64,000 nucleotides of DNA from an uncultured Desulfospira sp. (GTDB taxonomy: Bacteria > Desulfobacterota > Desulfobacteria > Desulfobacterales > Desulfobacteraceae). Location of the stretch: NCBI GenBank assembly GCA_963663165.1, contig OY760175.1, positions 3,328,001 to 3,392,000 of the forward strand, in the 5' to 3' direction. Shown piece after piece: positions 58,805 to 64,000 of the stretch. The first letter of the stretch is position 1. Each line of letters begins with the position of its first letter. The notes below the pieces were generated by a model. It saw only the letters and a program-made list of their open reading frames with translations, was not told the DNA's origin and did no database searches. The translations under genes were made by a program, and so were the position numbers.

Positions 58805-60196
58805 CTACAGCACAAGCTCTGTGACAAAGTCTGCCAGGTGGTTTAAATTCATGCAGGTCCGGACCTCGTGGCAGTGCTGCTTATAGGTGTGGATTTCACT
58901 GTCCCCGGTGCCCCATAAATGGCCGGGTTCCGGGGTCAGCCAGATGATTCTGCGGCATTTTTCCCGGATCTTCTCCAGGATATGGGCCTGGGGATTATGC
59001 CAGTTGGACCGGCCATCCCCCAACACAATCAGGGTGGTTTTCATGGTCAGTTCAGATCCGTAATCCCGGTAAAAATCATGGAATACCGCCCCGTAATCGG
59101 TTCTTTCATTCAGGTTGATCCCCGGATTTTCAAACACCCGGGCCACGGCCCGGTCAATATCATTATCCTTAAACATTGCGGAAACCTCGGCAAGGCCCGC
59201 CACAAACACAAAACTTTTGATTTTGGAAAAACAGTCCTCTAAGGCGTAAAGCACCTGGAGCATGAACCTTGCCGTGGACCAGACCGATCCGGATATATCA
59301 CACAGCGCGACAATCCGGGCCTTGGACGGGGGCCTTTTTTTATAACAGATCTCAAGGGGGACCCCCTGGAACCGGTTGGCCCGTCGAAGGGTCTTTTTGA
59401 TATCAATGCCGCCCCGGTTCCGGTTTTTATATTTTAAGCCGGCCTTGTCCTTAAGCTTTTTGACCAGCCGGTCCATCAATGCCCGGGCCTGGTCCAGCTC
59501 ATTTCCGCTCAGGCCGGAAAAGGGTGTGCCGCTGATGTTGTTCAAGTTGGCCAGATCCCCTGTATCCTGTTTTAAGGCATGGTTCAAGGTGACCGGTTCC
59601 CGGGACAAGAGGCTTGCGGCCCGGTCAAGCCGGCCCAGGGCCTGCCCCTTTGCCTGGCGGATTACGGCGGCCTCGGCATCCGGCTCACCGGATTGAAATT
59701 GAAGGATCCGTTTGCGAAATTGGTTGATCATGAGCATGACCCCAAGCTTGGCCGAAAGCTGCCCTAGATTGGATTTAAAGCATCTGGCCTGCTTTTCCTC
59801 CCGGGTATGAATGTCCTGAACAAGGGCCAGTAACGGCTGGGGATCACCCTTGAGAAAATCCAGAAGATCCCGGGCCAGACTCTCCTCCACGGCCTGATCT
59901 GCCTCAGCTTCCAGTGCCTGGATCATTTGCCGGGCGCTCTGCCCTTCCAGCCCCGAGCCATCAGGGCCTACCCCGAAGGCTTGGTCCTGGAAGAAAAAAA
60001 TCCGGTAAACTTTTTCAAACCGGTCCCGGTGGCGAATGGCTTTCACAAAATGGGCCTGGACAACCCGCTTAAAGACGGCTTCATCCCGGACCTGAAGGCA
60101 GTCAAGGCTTTGGGCACAATCTACCACCTCGCCTGGGGAGACCATCAGGCCAAAGGAACGGCAGCAGGCGGCAAATTTGACCAGGCTGGTCAGCAC
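58805..60196 (-). CDS. CoxE-like VWA domain protein
   Basis: 'CDISGSV', 'TDYG', 'VLGDGRSN', 'IWLTPE', 'WGTGDS'. Confidence 0.9.
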   Translation of the reverse strand: MLTSLVKFAACCRSFGLMVSPGEVVDCAQSLDCLQVRDEAVFKRVVQAHFVKAIRHRDRFEKVYRIFFFQDQAFGVGPDGSGLEGQSARQMIQALEAEADQAVEESLARDLLDFLKGDPQPLLALVQDIHTREEKQARCFKSNLGQLSAKLGVMLMINQFRKRILQFQSGEPDAEAAVIRQAKGQALGRLDRAASLLSREPVTLNHALKQDTGDLANLNNISGTPFSGLSGNELDQARALMDRLVKKLKDKAGLKYKNRNRGGIDIKKTLRRANRFQGVPLEICYKKRPPSKARIVALCDISGSVWSTARFMLQVLYALEDCFSKIKSFVFVAGLAEVSAMFKDNDIDRAVARVFENPGINLNERTDYGAVFHDFYRDYGSELTMKTTLIVLGDGRSNWHNPQAHILEKIREKCRRIIWLTPEPGHLWGTGDSEIHTYKQHCHEVRTCMNLNHLADFVTELVL

Positions 60197-61122
60197 GGAT
60201 CCGGGTCCCGGCTGTCCTTTAAAAGCCGTTCCAGATTCTGCCGGACCGCTTTTAAATCAGACTGGTATTTTAAAACCAGGTTCAGGGTCTGGCCCGCAGT
60301 TTCGGCGGTCAGCTCGGTGACCTCCAAGGCGGCCAGGGCCTGTGCCCAGTCAATGGTTTCAGAAATGCAGGGTTGTTTTTTAAGGTCCATTTCCCGGATC
60401 CGGTGCATGGTGTCCACCAGCTGGTCCAGAAGCCGTAAATCAATACCCGGCAGCCGGGTTTTGACGATCTGCTTTTCCCTTACAGCCGGGGGATAGTCAA
60501 TATAAAGGTGGATGCACCGTCGTTTTAAGGCATCGCTCATGTCCCGGTAGTTGTTGGAGGTTAAAAATACCAGGGGAACCGTCACCGGGCGGCGGGTCCC
60601 GATTTCAGGGATGGTCACGGTAAAATCACTGAGCAGTTCCAACAAAAAGGCCTCAAATTTTGGGTCTGACTTATCCACCTCGTCCACGAGCAGCACCACG
60701 GGATCAGGGGACAGGATGGCCTTTAACAAAGGGCGGGGCTGGATAAACCGCTCTGAGAAAAATGCATCTTCCTGGGCTGCGATCCGTTCCACGGCGCTGG
60801 GCAGGTCCTGGGCACCCTCAATCACCGTGTTAATCCGCTCTTTGACCATCTGGGTATAGAGCAGCTGTTTGGCATATTCCCATTCATAAAGGGCTTTGGC
60901 CTCATCCAGCCCTTCGTAGCACTGAAGCCTTACCAGCTGACGGTCAAGGCACTGGGCCACGGCCTTGGCCAGCTGGGTCTTTCCCACCCCGGCAGGCCCC
61001 TCCACCAGGACGGGCTTCTGGGTGGCCAGGGCCAGGAACACCACGGTGGAAATTTCCCTGGACGGGATATACCGGGCCGCGGCCAGCTGTTTTTCCACAT
61101 CTTCAACACTTTTAAATCCCAT
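60190..61122 (-). CDS. MoxR-family AAA+ ATPase, CoxD-like
   Basis: 'VEGPAGVGKT', 'RLQCYEGLD', 'LVDEVDK', 'DALKRRC'. Confidence 0.93.
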   Translation of the reverse strand: MGFKSVEDVEKQLAAARYIPSREISTVVFLALATQKPVLVEGPAGVGKTQLAKAVAQCLDRQLVRLQCYEGLDEAKALYEWEYAKQLLYTQMVKERINTVIEGAQDLPSAVERIAAQEDAFFSERFIQPRPLLKAILSPDPVVLLVDEVDKSDPKFEAFLLELLSDFTVTIPEIGTRRPVTVPLVFLTSNNYRDMSDALKRRCIHLYIDYPPAVREKQIVKTRLPGIDLRLLDQLVDTMHRIREMDLKKQPCISETIDWAQALAALEVTELTAETAGQTLNLVLKYQSDLKAVRQNLERLLKDSRDPDPC

Positions 61123-61321
61123 TTGCCCTCCTTGGTGTCCGCCGTGACAACCATAACCGGTTTTTTGATAAATTTAGGTACCATGCCATGGGGATTTTCA
61201 CAAGGGCCGGCGCCGGACAGGGCAACCGCGTTTGCACTCCGGTATGGGAATTGGATACCGTTTGTAAACTCAATGTATAATCAAGAAACAAGAGACTGGA
61301 AACAAGAAAGAAGCCGAAGCC

Positions 61322-61508
61322 CCTCTGTGTAGTTTGGCGAAAGCCAAACCTCGGTGTCCTCTGTGGTTTAAAAACATAAACTCCCGAAGGGGTTGAATTG
61401 TTCTTCTTTAGCCTTCTGGTTTTTATAAATTGTGGGCTTCGCCCACTCTTTAGATTTAACCACAGAGAGGCACAGAGAAACACTTTAGTTTCAGTGCTGC
61501 GCACTGAA
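61322..61508 (-). repeat. ~190-bp multi-hairpin dispersed element, copy B
   Basis: Inverted copy of 32618-32804. Confidence 0.88.
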
Positions 61509-61608
61509 ATTTTATTCGCCAAAGTTTACATAACAGGCTTGTCAATTCGATGTTCTAAATTCTCGGGGTTACCCCTCCGGTCTGTGGTCTCCGGTTTCCG
61601 GTCTCCAT

Positions 61609-62265
61609 TCAATTTTGATGAAGCTGCGGCAGCATCAGCTGTTCAAGGTTTTGGCGCTGGGCCTCGAAATCATGTTCCTCTTCCGGGGTAAGATGGATGG
61701 GATCTGAGAAATAAAGCCGGACCCGGGCAAAGGGTTTGGGCAGCATGAACCGGTCCCAGGAATTGAAAAACCAGGCCTTATCCGCATGGGTGAAGAAAGG
61801 CACCAGCACAGAACCGGTCTCCAGCCCCATTTTGATGATGCCGGGCTTGACTTTGCCAATGGGGCCGGTGGGGCCGTCCAGAATATGGGCCCCAAACCCG
61901 TGGGCGGTGAGATGGGCAATCATTTCCCCCATAGCCTCTTTGCCGCCCCTTGAGGAAGAGCCCCTTGGGGTATGCCATCCGGTCCGGTTGGCGACCCCGG
62001 CAATCAGATCCCCGTCCCGGCTCCTTGAAATCATCAATCCCGGATGATACCGGGCATAGGTTTTAAAATGGCGGATGGCGGAAAAAAACTGCTGATGCCA
62101 GGTCACCAGAATAACGGACTGCTTTTTATTGAGCAGCGCCTTCCAGGTCTTTTCATTTTCAACCGTCAGTCTGAAGGTCGCCGAATAAGTACGGATCAAA
62201 TAATAGGCAAAACAGATGAAGGGCCGGGTGTAGATAATGAACTTCAGGCGCTTGAATATTTTCAA
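61609..62265 (-). CDS. DUF374 lysophospholipid acyltransferase-family protein
   Basis: 'TWHQ', 'ISRSRDGD', 'RGSSSRGG', 'DGPTGP', 'SWDRFMLPKPF'; start reset to TTG 62265. Confidence 0.88.
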   Translation of the reverse strand: MKIFKRLKFIIYTRPFICFAYYLIRTYSATFRLTVENEKTWKALLNKKQSVILVTWHQQFFSAIRHFKTYARYHPGLMISRSRDGDLIAGVANRTGWHTPRGSSSRGGKEAMGEMIAHLTAHGFGAHILDGPTGPIGKVKPGIIKMGLETGSVLVPFFTHADKAWFFNSWDRFMLPKPFARVRLYFSDPIHLTPEEEHDFEAQRQNLEQLMLPQLHQN

Positions 62266-62278
62266 AATAAATTCCCTT

Positions 62279-62371
62279 TTATATGAAAGCATCACTAACA
62301 TCCTGATAAGACTTTCATTATTCGTTGTGGGCGGTTCTTGGTTGGATAACCAAGGCGGCCCGTGGCCGTTA
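62279..62371 (+). repeat. 90-bp REP-like element, copy 9
   Basis: TTATATGAAAGCATC...AGACTTTC...GTGGGCGGTTCTTGGTTGGATAACCAAGGCGGCCCGTGGCCGTTA. Confidence 0.9.
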
Positions 62372-62477
62372 GTTGGTAAAGCTCGGACTCTATCAGACAT
62401 ATATTGATTATCCAACCCATATTTTAATATGATAAACGGCATGTATCATTTTTTAACAAACCAAATCGGGAGACAAC

Positions 62478-62786
62478 ATGACACAAATTTTTTCAGAGCC
62501 GGGAACCGGCCCCCATGAACTGATCAAGGAGACAATAGAAGATCCTGAATTAACCTTTCAGCAGGCAAAGGATGCCGCCAAAAAGCTCGCACTGACAAAA
62601 TGCAGCAACTGCATGATCCTTTCCTGGAAAAACGGCAAAACCGGGGAGTTTTATCCCAAACGCGAGTGCGGCACACAAAACAAGCCGGCCTGGATTTATT
62701 ATGCCGAAACAAGGGGGGCCAACCTGACCATTGATATTAATGACGGGGAATATATTTTTATGGTCCTGAAAATGGATGGCTTTTAA
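62478..62786 (+). CDS. AF1514-like small protein
   Basis: 'MILSW...GEFYP..EC....PAW..YA..RGA.L.I.IN.GEY.F' pattern; GGAG RBS. Confidence 0.7.
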   Translation: MTQIFSEPGTGPHELIKETIEDPELTFQQAKDAAKKLALTKCSNCMILSWKNGKTGEFYPKRECGTQNKPAWIYYAETRGANLTIDINDGEYIFMVLKMDGF

Positions 62787-63020
62787 AGGGACTTGGCCAT
62801 GGCCCGGGGACCGGAAAATATTTCCCGGCAGCCATGGTAAAATTTGCTGTTTTCACCCGGGCTTTCAATTTGGGCGACACGACCAAAAGCCCATTGGGCG
62901 CGGGTATCCGGCAAACGGGGCAACGGGTACGAAACTTGCTGTAACCTGTTGGTGGACGATCAGTTGACAGAAGATCTATTTTAAGATCCGTTACTAACCC
63001 CATAAAAGGATAAACAGATC

Positions 63021-63671
63021 ATGACATCCATCATCAGCACCTACAACAGCCTTTATTCTTCAAGCTCATCAAATCTTTCAAGCCTGCTGTCAAGCGCCGC
63101 TGATTCCACCGACGATGACACCGCCACAACCACTACCAGCACCACGGATACTGTAACCATTTCAGCAGCAGCCTTAAGCGCTATTGACAGGGACGCCCTT
63201 GGCCTGCCTGCGACCGGGGCGTTGTCCCTGTCCGACTTTGAAACCGCCATAGCCGACCAGGAGGAAACCGTAAACACCCTTTTGGCGTCCGCCATGGAAG
63301 AACTTGGTATTGATGCCGGCCAGGAGGTCTCCCTGACCCTGGCCAGTGACGGCTCCATTGAAATTGAAAATACCTTTGACGGCAGTGATGAATTAGAAGA
63401 GGCACTAAACAGCAACAGTGATTTTACCGATGCCTTTACCGGATTGACGGCCAACACCGAAATCCTCAACTTCAAAGACTATCTTTTGAACAAATCCACG
63501 AGCCTTGCCGACTATATGGACAGTGACGAGAAGGTGGATCTGCTTTCCCTGGCCGCCAAAAGCGACTTGATCAAATCCGCCGGCACCTCCCTGTCAGCCC
63601 TGTGGAGCATGAGCCGCTCGGAAACGGAATACACGTATACCTACGAATACAGCGGATCACAAACCACTTAA
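63021..63671 (+). CDS. Acidic Ser/Thr-rich hypothetical protein
   Basis: AAGGA RBS; low-complexity N-terminus, 'DTVTISAAA'. Confidence 0.7.
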   Translation: MTSIISTYNSLYSSSSSNLSSLLSSAADSTDDDTATTTTSTTDTVTISAAALSAIDRDALGLPATGALSLSDFETAIADQEETVNTLLASAMEELGIDAGQEVSLTLASDGSIEIENTFDGSDELEEALNSNSDFTDAFTGLTANTEILNFKDYLLNKSTSLADYMDSDEKVDLLSLAAKSDLIKSAGTSLSALWSMSRSETEYTYTYEYSGSQTT

Positions 63672-63758
63672 TCTCACCGGACATTGATTCCCATCCGATT
63701 TTTTTAAAGCAAAATATTGTCTGCCGCCATGTTTTGTTTTATAGGTGGCATAAAGGCT

Positions 63759-64000
63759 ATGAAAAGAATCGGATTTCATAATTTGCGGACCTGTTCCGAC
63801 GGTCCCATGGGACGGCCGGGGGCCTCGGTTTCGGGGACCATCATGGCCAGTTTCGAATTTGAGCGGGAAATCGAATTTTTGTTCCCCTATATCAATGCCA
63901 TGGCCCGGCACTGTGAGTTTCACAAACATTTCCGGCTTCTCAGGTTTAAATTTGAAGGGTCCCACTGTGTTCTGTATCCTAAAAAGTGCATTATTTCCCC
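63759..64000 (+). CDS. 3'-truncated CDS, possibly an (Fe-S)-binding-family protein N-terminus
   Basis: Open frame to window end: MKRIG...'LFPYINA'...'LRFKFEG..CVLYP'. Confidence 0.5.
   Translation, partial: MKRIGFHNLRTCSDGPMGRPGASVSGTIMASFEFEREIEFLFPYINAMARHCEFHKHFRLLRFKFEGSHCVLYPKKCIIS

Noticed and set aside
62266..62442. Long N-terminal extensions in the ORF track (also 12503-12625, 21767-21862, 32871-33005, 37144-37257)
   Set aside because: They run through repeats or promoter motifs; downstream starts fit RBS position and/or domain boundaries better
1..64000. rRNA, tRNA, integrase, transposase or prophage genes
   Set aside because: None recognised by eye; tRNAscan-SE and ISEScan would be needed to exclude them formally

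Overview
Bacterial chromosomal window with the gene content and style of a sulfate-reducing Desulfobacteraceae-type organism (inference, no marker gene present). Contents in order: a corrinoid methyltransferase (O-demethylase-like) operon with an MFS transporter; a cell-envelope locus (4.1-14.8 kb); a sigma54-driven HK/RR/DASS/USP operon; a B12 radical SAM gene; an HDOD gene; two PEP-CTERM-type surface proteins, one behind a c-di-GMP-I (GEMM) riboswitch; a Phd/VapC toxin-antitoxin pair and a truncated antitoxin copy; two CoxD/CoxE pairs (one coxE disrupted); a long signalling block with a complete RsbRSTX stressosome, a hybrid kinase and an HD-GYP regulator; and an IclR/TAXI-TRAP/CoA-transferase operon. 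The most striking feature is a candidate undescribed functional-amyloid or fibre secretion system. A signal peptide plus exactly seven 36-aa Asn/Ala/Val/Gly-rich repeats with a FapC-like NIAAGxGN motif heads a gene run. That run also encodes a small one-repeat partner, a CsgG/HfaB-like lipoprotein, an LPP20-like protein and a DegP protease, and it faces CsgG/FlgO- and FlgT-like genes. The window also carries nine copies of a 90-bp REP-like structured element, two copies of a ~190-bp multi-hairpin element and several tandem-repeat palindromes. No rRNA, tRNA, CRISPR array or intact transposase was recognised. All functional calls come from motif recognition by eye; no database search was run.
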